NCBI RefSeq assembly: GCF_009914755.1
Contig: NC_060927.1
DNA from: the human T2T-CHM13v2.0 reference genome, Homo sapiens
Direction: 5' to 3' (one strand)
Length of the DNA: 64,000 bases
A program made the position numbers and the translations under genes. This document shows, in pieces, positions 27,685 to 41,780 of this stretch (the first letter of the stretch is position 1; each line of letters opens with the position of its first letter). The notes under the pieces are model-generated. The model did not search any database. It was given only the letters and a program-made list of their open reading frames with translations, and was not told the DNA's origin.

Positions 27685-28165
27685 GTGAGTGAAACACAAG
27701 TTATGCTGCCAAAGTGGATGGATGGGCTTCTCGAAACTAGGGAGCATCCTCTTCTGGTTTTAGGTATAAATGTGATAGGATTTATTTTCAAGAGATCTGC
27801 TTGTTAAGTCACCAAGATCACAGCTGTTTGCCTAGGAAATAAGCTACGAATCAAAGTTTAGCTATGTCTCCTGTGCAGCCTTGGACCGTGTAGAAGAGAC
27901 TGCGATATTGAGTGAATTAGCACCAGGTTTCCCTTACAGACCCACTTGGGAATTGACCTGTTCTCTAGGCATGGCCCAGCCCACTACTATCCCTTCCCAA
28001 GGAAACCCATAGCAAGTAGGTAGATGACTGGGGCATAAGCCCAGCATGACTATTGTAAAACAGTATAGAACTCCCTTTCTTTCCTAAAGGTCGATGCTAA
28101 CTGTAAAAAACTGACAGTAGCCCAAGAGTTGTACAGATCACACTTGTGTTCACTTTGGTTTCTAG

Positions 28166-28231
28166 GAGGGAAATAACAAGCCACAAAAGCATGAAAGCAC
28201 CAGCAGCTACAACTACAGAGTGGTCAAAGAG
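28166..28231 (+). CDS. ITPR1: ITPR1 exon (window exon 17): EGNNKPQKHESTSSYNYRVVKE
   Basis: tctag acceptor; gtaagc donor; 66 nt, phase 0/0. Confidence 0.96.
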
Positions 28232-28953
28232 GTAAGCTCCTCCCCCACCACCATTTTTCCTTTCTTTATGAATTCTCTAAGGAGCTTTAGTTTGTGATAG
28301 TCAAGTTGAAGGTACACACATTTGAGCTTTTTTCTTCATGTGGTTTAACAGGGAGAAAGTAGAGCTCAGAGGTTAAGCTCATGGGTTTTGGCATCAGATC
28401 TGGGCTCCACACCCAGCTCTTCTACTTATTATTTTTGTCCTCAGCTTCCTCACCTTTTGTAGGTGCAACCTTTCGTAGGCACCGCATATTTCTGAAGCTT
28501 TACAATTGAAGGAAGGACTAATTGAGAATACTGTCAGGGAGTCATCTAAGTGCCTGGTACACAGTGTCCCCACTGAGAGCTGTAGTTTTTTAGAAACCTT
28601 TGCATACGCTGGTTCAAAGTTGGGAGGCTGGGAGCTTTGTGTGTTTTACCCCAGAGCAAACTCTTCCCAGGGTCTCGGCAATGATGCCAGGTCATTCCAT
28701 TTTAAGCGATATCTCTGAAACTGTCCCACTTGTTGTTGAAGCCATAATCCCCTGCTTATTCTGGAAGACGTGACCTTAGTCTTATGGATTTGGCTTGATG
28801 GAGTCAACAGAAATGCCACATACTGAAGGAATTTTGTTTTACGTTTTTAATGCATTATAATCCCCTTTGCCTCCCTGCCCGCCACCACCCTCTGCAATCT
28901 TTTTCCAGCTATAGTTCCTAGTTTTCTGAGACTGATTTCTTTCATTCTACTAG

Positions 28954-29091
28954 ATTTTGATTCGGCTTAGCAAACTCTGTGTTCAAGAGAGTGCCTCAGT
29001 GAGAAAGAGCAGGAAGCAGCAACAGCGTCTGCTCCGGAACATGGGCGCGCACGCCGTGGTGCTGGAGCTGCTGCAGATTCCCTATGAGAAG
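28954..29091 (+). CDS. ITPR1: ITPR1 exon (window exon 18): [13 protein letters not shown]...LLQIPYEK
   Basis: ctag acceptor; gtgagc donor; overlaps ORF 28957..29253. Confidence 0.97.
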
Positions 29092-30967
29092 GTGAGCGGT
29101 GCCTCATGCACAGCAGCTGCTCTCAGGATGGGGCGGATCCCTGGGTTTCCCCAAACTCTTCACATCTGGATATTGTTAGTGAAGAAATGCATCCAGTGTG
29201 ACTATTGTGACTACAAAGCAATTTCAGGTATTGATATGAAACAGAGCATCTGAAAAATAAAGTAAAATCACCCGTGAATAATCCTCATCCCCAGTTTTAA
29301 GATTCTGTAAAGAAAGAGAGTCCATTTATTCTCCATACTCCCAAGACATATTGGATAGAGACAACTTGGTCTGTGTCAGAGCTTAGAGCTATATCTACCC
29401 ATGAGTTGGTGTGTTTCAATTTCATTTGCAATGTGACTCAACCAATTTAAGTATCACCAGCTATTAAGTGCATGTAGGAACATGGGATGTGCCCACTTTT
29501 GAAGTCCTCAGTAAGACGCTGACATCTGCTTAAGTATTTGGATTTATCAGGTGATGCTTTGATCTAGGTCTTCTTTTCTGTTGCTGGAAGTTGTACTTTG
29601 CCTCTAATTTTTCACATTAGCGTTTGTCATTGATACGTATTTGATTTGGGGAGGCAGGAGCAGGCTGACAGTGCTTTGCATGCATGTAGGCTGACAAGAC
29701 ACTTATGAAATCATTCATTCAAGCCTACAAGACCCACTCGGGTATTTGTGTTGTGCCCACTTGACAGATGAGGAGACTGAGGCTTGGGGAGGTTTAGAGG
29801 TGAAAAGCTCAGACTCAGGTCTCTTGAGTTGACTATTAACTGCTAGAGAGACTGATTTGCTAGAGAAGACTCACCTGATGAAGGCTCATTTCTAGGTGCT
29901 TGCAGGGTGCCAGGCGCCATGCTGAGGCCTTTATACACATTATTAGCTCATGCCATCCTCAAGACACGTGGATGAGATGGGTGGTGCTATCTTTAGCCCC
30001 ATTTTAGATGAGAGAGCTGCAGCGGGAGAGGTTCAGTAACTTGCGTGGATGGCACAGCTGTGTAGAGTGAAACTGGCTCCACTTCACTGTGGATCTGGGG
30101 CCTGCTGCCTTCCCTATGCCTGTCGCCTTCTACTCCAGGAAATTTCCTATGAAAGGATCCTCCTCCTCAGTCATGGGGACCATATGAATCGGGCAGGTCA
30201 GGCCTTTCGGTAGCTATAAATAAAGTCCAAGCTTAATCCCTGTCGTAGGTATAATACCTAGCTAACTTGTAGTTGATACAGGTGTGCATTATCATCCAAA
30301 CTTTGCCTGTCATTTAGACTAGAACCAACAAGCTGATCTACTTCCTTGTGTGTAAGGAACGCGAGGGGGTCATTTGCTAACCATAGTGTTGTCTCATAAT
30401 ATCATCAGTTTCCCTAATGAGAGTTATGCCTTCATAGAGCAGGCTTAATCTACAGGTAACCAGATGTGGTTGGAATTGGTGACTCAAAGGAAGAATATCA
30501 TGTGTGTGTATATCTGTGTGTGTACATGTGCACGCTTTTGTTTGCTTTTGGATGGGCACAGACTTCCAAAGAACGGTGGAGGAATCCCCCACAGGTAATC
30601 TCTTGTGACTTGATGTCTTTGGGGCTTGCTTTCCTTGGAAAAATCCGCTTCACACCACAAGGGTTCTTCACTTAGCTTGTGCACCAGCAGATTCCTTTTA
30701 TACGGAAGGACTGGAGGTGTGTGGAACTGTTTAAGGTTACAGCTGTCAACCAGCAGTGGCTGTCTGTCCCAAGCCCTCTGATTTCTTAGAGCTAGAAGGT
30801 TCACCACCCCTCCTGTTAATAAGGGACAAATGTAATCCCCATTATGTTGTCCTGGGACTTGCTATTAATGTCCTTGTAAATTCTCCTCTGTTTTGGTTTG
30901 ATTGTCAAAGCTGGGAGCTCACCTTCCTCCCACAACTCTGTTTTGTCACAGAGTTATTTTTCTAGAC

Positions 30968-31163
30968 CAGGGGTTAGCAAACTACAGGCATGGGCCGAAT
31001 CTAACCCACCACCTGTTTTGAACAGCATATCAGCTAGGAATGGTTATTACATTTTAAAATAGTCACATAAGTACCTACATAATGTCCTTGATACTCCCTC
31101 TCTACCCACAAAGCCCAAAGTATGTGCTGCCTTGCCCTTTAAGAAAAAGCTTGCTGACCTCAG
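30968..31163. mobile_element. MER58-like hAT fossil
   Basis: caggggttagcaaact...aagcttgctgacctc terminal inverted repeats. Confidence 0.7.
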
Positions 31164-31919
31164 TCTAGCCCGGAACCAAAAGCTAACATTTACAGAGTAA
31201 TCACTGTCTAAGCACTTCATGTGACTTTTCTCACTTAATCTTCATAACAATCACATGAAGTGTGCACTTTTGTTATCTCCTTTTCACGGATGAGTAAACA
31301 GCGACACTGAGAGGCTAAGAAATGTGCTCCAGGTCACACAGCCAGGAAGTTGGAGATCTGGGATAAGAGTAGCGCAGTCAGGTTTGGGGACCTGCATTCC
31401 TACCTGCTATCCTCTCTTGCCTCTGAAATGAGGTGATGGCTGTGAAGACTTAGGAAGACTATTGTGGGCTGTAAGAATATGAAGGATGATTTCCAGTTTA
31501 GAAATTCTTGTTCTGTTTTTACTCTCTTAAATGTTTGCTTGTTTAGAATTGGACAAAATGGCCATGGGTTTTATAGAATTGGCTTATTACGGAATATTTA
31601 ACTCTAAAATACTGAGTTTATGCTATTAATGTATGAATCACATAATCCAACCACGTGAAATGCCAGGGAGGGTATTATCCCCATTTTGCTGATGGGAAAA
31701 CTAAGTCTGAGGTTAAAAATTGTACTTGGGATGATAGAGGAGTTACGGCAGGCACAGTTGCTCTAATGTGTGATCTCAGGAGATTTCCACTTTGCCATGG
31801 GAGCTGATGGCAAAAGTTAATGTCTAATAGGTCGGACAACTTAAAAAGGTGAACCCAAGAGGGAAAATGACTACTCAGCGTCAGTGAGGAAGTCAGCCCC
31901 AGTTCTGTTGTCAGTCCCT

Positions 31920-32068
31920 GTTTTTGTTTACTTTTAAAATTTTTATTATTTTTATCTTTTGTTAGAGATGGGTGTCTCACTATGTTGGCCAGGCTGTTCT
32001 CAAACTCCTGCCCTCAAGTGATCCACCCAAAGGGGTGGGATTACAGGTATGAGCCACTGTGCCCAGCC
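31920..32068 (-). mobile_element. Alu monomer fragment
   Basis: tagagatgggtgtctcactatgttggccaggctg...gagccactgtgcccagcc. Confidence 0.85.
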
Positions 32069-32379
32069 CGTCCCTGTCTTTAGAAGTAGGGGGTTCAGAA
32101 GTTTCAGTCCTTGCTGGATAATGGACTCATGGATGCCTTCTATTAGCCTTACTCTGCAGTGCTCCCTCCCACCCAAATAAGATCTTCACTTTCATCCAAT
32201 GAGCATAGACAAGTTACTGGCTTCTTTTCAGCGTCAGCAGTGCAGCCCCTCAATATTTACCCACAACAGGTCCCCAGCAAACACCTTCTGACTCCCACGT
32301 TAGCAGGAGGTGTTGGGTATAGGAGAAGCTGGTCTCCTGGCCCAGCAATCAGTGCTTTCATCTGTCTCCTCCCACACAG

Positions 32380-32505
32380 GCCGAAGATACCAAGATGCAA
32401 GAGATAATGAGGTTGGCTCATGAATTTTTGCAGAATTTCTGCGCAGGCAACCAGCAGAATCAAGCTTTGCTACATAAACACATAAACCTGTTTCTCAACC
32501 CAGGG
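32380..32505 (+). CDS. ITPR1: ITPR1 exon (window exon 19): [16 protein letters not shown]...NLFLNPG
   Basis: acag acceptor; gtaaga donor; overlaps ORF 32395..32664. Confidence 0.97.
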
Positions 32506-33266
32506 GTAAGACTTGAGGCCAATCTGCAAATCTATAGAGGGAGGAGGGCAGGGAAGAGGGAGGAGGAACAGCTTGTTCTTTGGCTGTTGTGGCTTCTGGG
32601 GCTTGTTATAATGCAACATTCATTCCAAAGGGGAACATTTTCATCACTTATCACGAGGACATAAATACTCATCTTTTGGGGATGAGATGGCAGGAGTTGG
32701 GGAGGGGAAAAGGAGGAAAGTGAGATGGATAAAGTAAGATACGTGTCTATATTTTCCTAGTCAAGTCCTTCATTGTATCAAACTTCAGCAATATAGAAGT
32801 GCTAAATGTCTCTCCTGCCACCTGCTACTGAAGTCATGCATAAAGTTTTCTGTGGCTATGTATACATATATAATATTTCCATATCAAACATATCTGTAAT
32901 ACATCTTAGTTTGTTAAATATATTTCTAGAAGTATATTAAATGTATTGTAGGTTTTGTAAAGAAAAATGATGCCACACTCTATGCATTGTCTTGTGTTCT
33001 GCTTTTTTCACTTAACACATTATGGATGCCTTTGCAAATCAGAGAGATATAAATTTTTCTCATTCTTCTGATGGCCAAATGACATTCCATAGAATGGCTG
33101 TAACTTTTAAAAAAACATTCTCATATTAATGGACAGTTAGGCAATGTCTGATTTTTAACTTTGTAAACAATACTGCAAAGGACATCTTTGTGCATGCACA
33201 CACTCACTCACTCAGTAGTACTGCTAACACTTTCCAGAAAAAGGATTGCTGGATTGTAGGATAATA

Positions 33267-33492
33267 TAGGTTGAGCATCCCAGATCTGAAAATCTGAAAT
33301 CTGAAAGACTCCAAAATTCAAAACTTTTGAGTGCCAGTGTGATGCTCAAAGCAAACACTCATTGGAGCATTTCATATTTTAGATGTTTGGATTTAGGATG
33401 CTCAACCAGCAGACTATAATGCAAATATTCCCAAATCCAAAATGTGAAACCCTTGTGCTCCCAAGCATTTTGGATGAGGGATACTCAACCTG
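33267..33492. mobile_element. MER46A/Tigger4a-like TcMar MITE
   Basis: terminal inverted repeats aggttgagcatccc ... gggatactcaacct. Confidence 0.8.
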
Positions 33493-33812
33493 TGTTCCCT
33501 CAGTGTCATGTTAAGAGAAAGAAAAGTCAAAAGATAAAAAGATTAAAGCCACCACCTCACCCCAAATATAAAACTCAATAACTGTGGGTAAAAAGTGAAA
33601 AATAAGCCTTCTAGAAGGTAACATGAGAATCTTCATGGCTGTGTGGTAAGCAAAATTTTCTTACAAGGCATGCAAAGAACACTATTTTTGAAAATTGATA
33701 AATGGGCCTTCTTTTAAGAACTTCTGTTTGTCCGCTGACACCATTAAGAGCATCCAAAGGGGAGGCAGAGAGTAAAAGACATTTGCGATGCACGTTCTCA
33801 ACAAAGAATTCA

Positions 33813-34181
<369 letters not shown>

Positions 34182-35028
34182 GAACGTAAAGGCAAAAAAC
34201 TTGAACAGACACCCTGTTGGAGAGGATATCCAAATGGCCAGTAAATGTGACAAAGTGTTCAACATGATTAGACATCAGAGAAATGCAAATTAAGTTATGT
34301 TTAGCCACAATAAGATGTGGCTAAAATTTAAAAGACTGACAATACTAAGTGTTGACAAGGATAGGAACAGCTGGAATGTAGAATGCAACTTGTTAACATC
34401 TTTTGAAAGCTGTCAGTATCTTCTAAAGCCAAACATACTCATACTTTGTGACCCAACAATTCTGTTCTTAGACCCAAAAGAAGTATGGGTTTAAGTTCAC
34501 CAGAAGACATGTGTAAGAATGTTCACAGCAACTCTAGTATTTATAATACTAGGAATGTTACTATCTATTAAAACTGGATCCTACTCCAAATGCCCTTCCA
34601 CCATAGAATAAAGATACTGTCATATATTCATGCAATGGAACTTACATATCAGTGAAAAAGAGTGCAAGAGGTTTAAGAACAGGCAAAACTAATCTGGTTA
34701 TATAAGTCAAAATAGTAGTTAAATTGTGAGATAAGGCATAAAGGAGACCTGTTTTGTTTCTTGATCTGGGTGTTCAGGGTCCCTTTATAATCTATTCAGC
34801 TGAATGCTAATGAGTTGTTTACTTTTCTGTATGTTTATTTATATGTCAATGAAAAAAGCTTACTAAAAAAGAAGGTAGTACAGAAGCAAGAATGAGAGAA
34901 ACATATCTTCATGGGTTTAAATGCTTCCCTTGTGTGTGTTTCAGTGGACTCTTCTTTTTCTCACTTTTTAATCTGTTCTGTCAGCTTTTTGACTTGTCCC
35001 TGTGCTCTTTTCCTCACTCTTGTGCCAG

Positions 35029-35229
35029 ATCCTGGAGGCAGTAACCATGCAGCACATCTTCATGAACAATTTCCAGCTTTGCAGTGAGATCAACGAGAGA
35101 GTTGTTCAGCACTTCGTTCACTGCATAGAGACTCACGGTCGGAATGTCCAGTATATAAAGTTCTTACAGACAATTGTCAAGGCAGAAGGGAAATTTATTA
35201 AAAAATGCCAAGACATGGTTATGGCCGAG
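35029..35229 (+). CDS. ITPR1: ITPR1 exon (window exon 20): [14 protein letters not shown]...CQDMVMAE
   Basis: gccag acceptor; gtgatt donor; within ORF 35002..35274. Confidence 0.97.
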
Positions 35230-35755
35230 GTGATTGTTATATATTTCTGTATACCTCCATCTGGTGTTCTGTAGAAATTTTAAAATTATTTAATCTTATC
35301 TGTATGAACTTGCACCCTCTTCAGGAGCCATACAGAAGGACAGAAAGTAATTGTGTGTGCATATGTCTGTGTCATCTCTTGTGTGAGCTTAAGTTGTAGA
35401 TATAGGCAAGAATCTGATCTGATATTTCATAGCAACCAATTTAAGGAAGGATGGCTTGGATTTTTCTGACAGGGGACAGAAAGAGGAATAAGGAACTGAA
35501 TTATAGGGAATGGAGATAAAATGTAGTCAGGACCCAGTGAGCCAGAACGCTTCCATTCTTGTGGATTATGAATTTTAAAAATTATTCACCTAATTAATTA
35601 GATGGAAAAAATTTTGCCTGATGCTTTTTGAGGAGCAGTTGGTCTGTGGAATCAAGGAAAAGCCTTACTTGGTTTATTATGAATTCACTTTGATTTACAA
35701 TCTTGTCTACGTATATGGTTCCATTGGCAGGGAGGGTAGTGTGATTAAGAGTTGA

Positions 35756-36047
35756 GGCCAACGTGGTGGCTCATGCCTGTAATCCCAGCTCTTTGGGAGG
35801 CTGAGGCAGGAGCATCACTTGAGGCCAGGAGTACAGGACCAGCCTGGGCAACATAGTAAGACCCTTGTTTCTACAAAAAATTTTAAAAATTAGCTGGGTG
35901 TAGTGGCATGTGCCCATAATCCCAGTTACAGAGGAAGATCCCTTGAGCCCAGGATTTTGACCTTGCAGTGAGCTATGATGGCACCCACTGCACTCCAGCC
36001 TGGGCAACAGAGTGAGACGTTGTCTCTTAGAAAAAAAATAAAAAAAA
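35756..36047 (+). mobile_element. Alu SINE (AluJ-like)
   Basis: diverged Alu dimer with poly-A. Confidence 0.92.
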
Positions 36048-36723
36048 GAGAGAGTCGGCTCAACCTGGGATACAAATGTCACCTGAACCCCTTCACTGAA
36101 GGGTGCCATGAGATACATTACTTGACCTTTCAACTCCTCAGTGAGCTTTTCTATAACATGAAGATACGCAGATTTCACTTTAAAGAGTTGATATGTGGGG
36201 TAAATGAGATAATGGTGACATTAATGCCTAACACTTTTTGGAAGCCGGTCATACTCTAGGCACAGTCCTAAGCAGTTTGTCTATAATAAATTATTTAATC
36301 TACATAGCACTGTGAGTTAGCTATTGTATTTGTCCTGGTTTCACAGATGAAGAAACTGAGATACAATGAGGTTAGGAAGTTTGTCTAAAGAGTTTATCTT
36401 GGTATCTGGCATCTAATCATTAGAGCTCATAAAGGTTAGTCATTAGTAAGTATTGACCATGTTTATTTTGACTTCTGTGCCAGCCCTTTCTGGGTTTTTT
36501 GTACTTCATGTACTGCTGATGAAATCGATTTATTCTTAAATAAATTTGCAAGAAGCCTCATCTTAGGGGACAAGTTATAAACAGGAATGCCTCAACTTTT
36601 TGAAGAGTAAGTATGGAGAGGAAGGCATATCTTAATTAAAAGTAATTTGTTGATTGAAGAGATAAGATGGTAGATGAAAGAATTGTAAAGGGGATACATT
36701 GTAAAGCATAAAAATAAGATGGA

Positions 36724-37022
36724 GGCAGGGCACATTGGCTCACACCTATAATCCCAGCACTTTGGGAGGCCGAGTTGGGTGGATCATCTGAGGTTGAGAG
36801 TTCGAGACCAGCCTAGCCAACATGGGGAAACCCCGTCTCTACTAAAAATACAAAATTAGCCAGGCATGGTGGTGCATCCCTGTAATCCCAGCTACTCAGG
36901 AGGCTGAGGCAGGAGAATCGCTTGAACCAACCTGGGAGGCGGAGGTTGTGGTGAGCCGAGATCACGGCATTGCACTCCAGCCTGGGCAACAAGAGTGAAA
37001 TTCCATCTCAAAAAAAATAAAT
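36724..37022 (+). mobile_element. Alu SINE (AluS-like)
   Basis: Alu consensus; TSD aaataagatgga on both sides. Confidence 0.95.
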
Positions 37023-37374
37023 AAGATGGAAACATTTAAAAAGAAATATCATAGCCTAATTGGTAGGTATGGAAATACCAGTGCAAGCTTGCAATCTCTG
37101 TTTCCACTTGATGCATTAATGCTGGTATGCAGGCTTTCTCTTCCCCTAATAGCTTTCTAGGGCCAGTGTGGTATTTCTGTATCTGTGGACTAAAATTATG
37201 ATGCTGAAGATTTCTAGTTGTTCAGTTATATAAATGAATGAAGTCAAAATAGGTAAGACTGATTTGGGAAGATAAATGCTAACAGAACCTCTCTCTTCCT
37301 CTGTGAATAGATTTTTTTCATGCTGCCCCACCCCTGCAAGCTTGTAATCTAAACCCACCCTGTTCTTTATGTAG

Positions 37375-37626
37375 CTGGTCAATTCGGGAGAGGATGTCCT
37401 CGTGTTCTACAACGACAGAGCCTCTTTCCAGACTCTGATCCAGATGATGCGGTCAGAACGGGATCGGATGGATGAGAACAGCCCTCTCATGTACCACATC
37501 CACTTGGTCGAGCTCCTGGCTGTGTGCACGGAGGGTAAGAATGTCTACACAGAGATCAAGTGCAACTCCCTGCTCCCGCTGGATGACATCGTTCGCGTGG
37601 TGACCCACGAGGACTGCATCCCTGAG
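37375..37626 (+). CDS. ITPR1: ITPR1 exon (window exon 21): [12 protein letters not shown]...HEDCIPE; includes the Bcl-2 BH4-binding peptide [20 protein letters not shown]
   Basis: gtag acceptor; gtgagc donor; overlaps ORF 37402..37737. Confidence 0.97.
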
Positions 37627-38164
37627 GTGAGCGAGCCCAGCCTGGCTGTGCCCTTCTCGTTGCTATGTGGTGTGTGCTGTCGTGGCTCACTGGGAGACAT
37701 GGTGGTGGCTGGCCTGGGGGAGCCCTCATGGCTCTGAAAGCTGCAGCTCATTTTGTAGTGGGATTTCAGTTCCCTAAAACATTTTCTCGAGCATTGATTT
37801 TGCATGAAAGGAACACGGAAGAAGTTAGTCGTTCTTTCTGTATCTTTAAGAACAGTGAGGAAAAAAGCTTCAGCTCTGTGGACTAATTTAGCCTGTTGAG
37901 CAAAGGGGATATGACCTGAATGAACTTTTCAGAAATGTGACGAAGAGTAGGTTGAGATCTAGTCCATATGAATGTAAGACTTAGTAAGTTAATTCTTTAA
38001 AACAAAAACCCTTATTACAGAAATAATGGCCATTATAAAAAATTTAGGAACTACAGACAATCAATTAAAAAAAAAAATAATGAATACCTAAGTTTTGAAG
38101 TTAATCCTTCCAGGCTTCCTTTTTTCCTACTCATAGATTATATTGATTAGTAATGAAAAACTGG

Positions 38165-38244
38165 ATTATAAAGTATATATTTATGATATATAAAGTATAT
38201 TATAAAGTATATATTTATGATATATAAAGTATATTATAAAGTAT
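38165..38244 (+). repeat. 34-bp AT-rich tandem repeat, about 2.35 copies
   Basis: unit attataaagtatatatttatgatatataaagtat repeated exactly. Confidence 0.93.
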
Positions 38245-38356
38245 GTATTGTAGGTTTTACAATGTGTAATATTAGTTTGTAGTACACATTTATATTACAT
38301 TAAAATATATGACATATATCATATAATGTTTTTAGGTTATTTTGAAAAGCTAAAAA

Positions 38357-38688
38357 CAGTCATGTGTCGCTTAGTGGTGGGGATATCTTTTGAGAAATGC
38401 GTTCTTCGGTGATTTCCTCATTGTGCAAACATCATACAGCGCACTTACACAAACCTAGATGGCACAGCTTGCTACACACCTCGGCTATATGGTACAGCCT
38501 CTTGCTTCCAGGCTACAAACATGCACAACATGTGACTGTCTCAGTACCGAAGGCAATTATAACACAATTGTATTTGTGTATGTAAACATGGAAAAGGTCC
38601 AGTAAAAATTGGGTATTATAATCTTATGGGTCACTGTTGTGTATGAGACCCATCATTGACCAAAATGTCATTAGTCAGTACCTGACCA
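38357..38688. mobile_element. Tigger3a (Golem)-like DNA transposon fossil
   Basis: cagtcatgtgtcgctta...cacaaacctagatgg...ggctacaaac motifs. Confidence 0.8.
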
Positions 38689-39279
38689 TACTCTTTGAAA
38701 AGTTCAAATATCAAAGACTGTAACGGGGTAAACCATGAAAAGTCTTATAATCTGTTTTCCCACCACCCTACAGAAAATAATTTATTATGTTCTTGTGTAT
38801 TTTTCTAGAATTTTGCACATAAACGCATACAGTATATATACTTTACTTCCCCACCCCCTTTTTGTAAATGCAGAAGATGATACTCTAGGTATACTATTCT
38901 GTACCTTAACACTGTAACTTCTTTTCATATCAATTCATAAAAAGATGCCAGATGTTTTTTTACAGTTGCATAAAATGCCATTGTATAGATGTACTGTCAC
39001 GGCCCTTTGTAAGTGTGGAACTAATTTATGATGTAATGAGATAATAATGAATAATTAATTGCTGTAATAAGAAAGCAATGAGATTGCATTCTTTTCACAG
39101 TCTTGGCCACAGTATGTTATCACACTTTTGGGTTCTCATATATCTGGCAGGTGAAAATGGTCATTTCAACATAGTTTTAATTTACAGTTCACTTGTTATG
39201 GATAAAGAAGGTAGAGTTATAACTAGTATTAGGGATGAGAGAAGCGTCGTGTTATAACAAGCATTAGTTTGTTTTTTAC

Positions 39280-40900
39280 TCTTTTTTATTTGAAATACAA
39301 CGGAAGTGCAAAAAAGTACATAAACTCAGTTGTATACTGCAAGAACGATAGAACGATTATAAAGAGAACAGCTTTGTAACTGCCACCCAGGTCAAGAAAT
39401 ATGCAAAAACCTCCCCCCATTCCCCTTTCCTGTCCTCACCTCCCCCAAGGGCTGTCTCCTGAGGGTAACCACAAGCTGATTTTTATGTAATCCTGCAGTT
39501 GCTTTTCTGTATACATCCCTCAACAATATAGTTTAGTTTTGTGAGGTTTTGGACTTCTTCTGTGTATCATTCCATGCCTTTTTAAGTTCAGTTCTGTGTT
39601 GTTAAGGTTGATCCACCCTGATATGTAGCTGCGTTCATTTCCTTTGCTTTGGAGCATTCCTTTCTATTGTGGCACCATGATAGGTTTTTCATTCTTCTAC
39701 TGATGCTCATTTTAGTTGTTTCCAGCTTTTGGCTGTTAGGATTGTGCATACATCCTGGCCCACATGTGTACACTTCCGTCCAGGGTGTGTGGATAGTCAG
39801 AAGTGGAAGTGCTGGATCACAGGAGGTGCATTTCTTCAATTTGATGTGATACAGTCCAGTTGTTTTTAGCATGGTTGCTCCAGTTACCATTCCTCCTCCC
39901 AACCCTGCTAACATTTGCTATCATCAGATCCTTTATTATTTTTTTCAATTTGATGGTTGTATGATAGTATCGCATACCAGCTTAATTTTTAGAAGCTTCA
40001 TGGAGATGTTTACAGATATGATTCACTTGTTTAAAGTGTACAATTGAGTGGTTTTTAATATATTTGCAGAGTTGTGCAATCACCATCACAATTTAGTTAC
40101 TGAATATTTTCATCACCCCAAAAAGAAACCCCATGCCCATTAGCAGTCACTTCCCATTTCCTGCCAACCCCCCTAATCCTAGGCAACTGATTGTCTTTCT
40201 GAATATATGGATTTGCCTATTTGAGACATTTCATGGAATCATACACATGTGGTCTTTTATGACTGGATTTTGTCACCTACATGATTTTTCTCAAGGCTCA
40301 CACAAGTTGTAGCATGTATCAGCACTTCGTTCCTTTATGTTGCTGAGTAATTTTCTATTCTATACATACACCACGTTTTGTGTGTCCATCAGTCAGTTGA
40401 TGGTGATTTGGATTGTTTCCGCTTTTTGACTATTGTGAATAATGCTACTGTGCACACTTGTATACAGGATTTTGTATAGACACATGTTTTCATTAACCAT
40501 AGTGGTTTTAATTTCTACGTCCTTGCTTCCTAATTGAAGTTGAGCCCCTTGCCGTGTGTTTTTTTTTTTTTTTTTTTTGACATTTGATATTCCTTTAAGA
40601 AATATCTGATCCGGTTTTTTGCTTACCTTTTCTCTGGGGGTATCTATCATATAAGCACAGATCTAGGGGCATTCTTCATTGTTACACGCCTTGCAGATAT
40701 CTTGTCCCAACTTGGGCCCATTTACCTCTTGAATGGTGCCTTTTTATGAACAGAAATTCTTAATTTCAAATAGTCAAACTTGTCCCTGTTCTGTGGTCAG
40801 AGGTTTTGCCTCATTCTTTACCTTGAGATCATGAAAATATTCTCTTCCAAAAGCTTTATGGTTTTGGATTTCATAATTGTGAATTTCAAATATCAGAAAA
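39280..40900 (-). mobile_element. Nested old L1M fragments
   Basis: tttaaagtgtacaatt...tcatcaccccaaaaagaaacccc...aataatgctactgtg motifs. Confidence 0.7.
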
Positions 40901-41032
40901 TCATAGAAGTAAGACTTGGCAGTGGGGAATGGGATGACCATTTTCATCGGTCCTTGCTGTGAAGTTGAGGCAGCTAATGAGTTCCATACACACCAAGATG
41001 GTTTTTCAGAAAAGCTTCTTTCTATCTTGCAG

Positions 41033-41158
41033 GTTAAAATTGCATACATTAACTTCCTGAATCACTGCTATGTGGATACAGAGGTGGAAATGAAGGAGAT
41101 TTATACCAGCAATCACATGTGGAAATTGTTTGAGAATTTCCTTGTAGACATCTGCAGG
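41033..41158 (+). CDS. ITPR1: ITPR1 exon (window exon 22): [14 protein letters not shown]...FLVDICR
   Basis: ttgcag acceptor; gtaagg donor; within ORF 40916..41245. Confidence 0.97.
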
Positions 41159-41199
41159 GTAAGGCTTTTGGAACTGAGGAGGCAGAGTTGGAGAGTGAG

Positions 41200-41201
<2 letters not shown>

Positions 41202-41243
<42 letters not shown>
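41202..41243 (+). repeat. (GT)21 microsatellite
   Basis: read directly from sequence. Confidence 0.98.
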
Positions 41244-41245
<2 letters not shown>

Positions 41246-41345
41246 CATCTTTGTGCACACATGAAGAAAACAGCTGCATCATTTCTACTCTAATCCGTGG
41301 CATGAGGAGGCACTTGTGACTTTCTTCTCATGTATCCTTTCTTCC

Positions 41346-41780
<435 letters not shown>

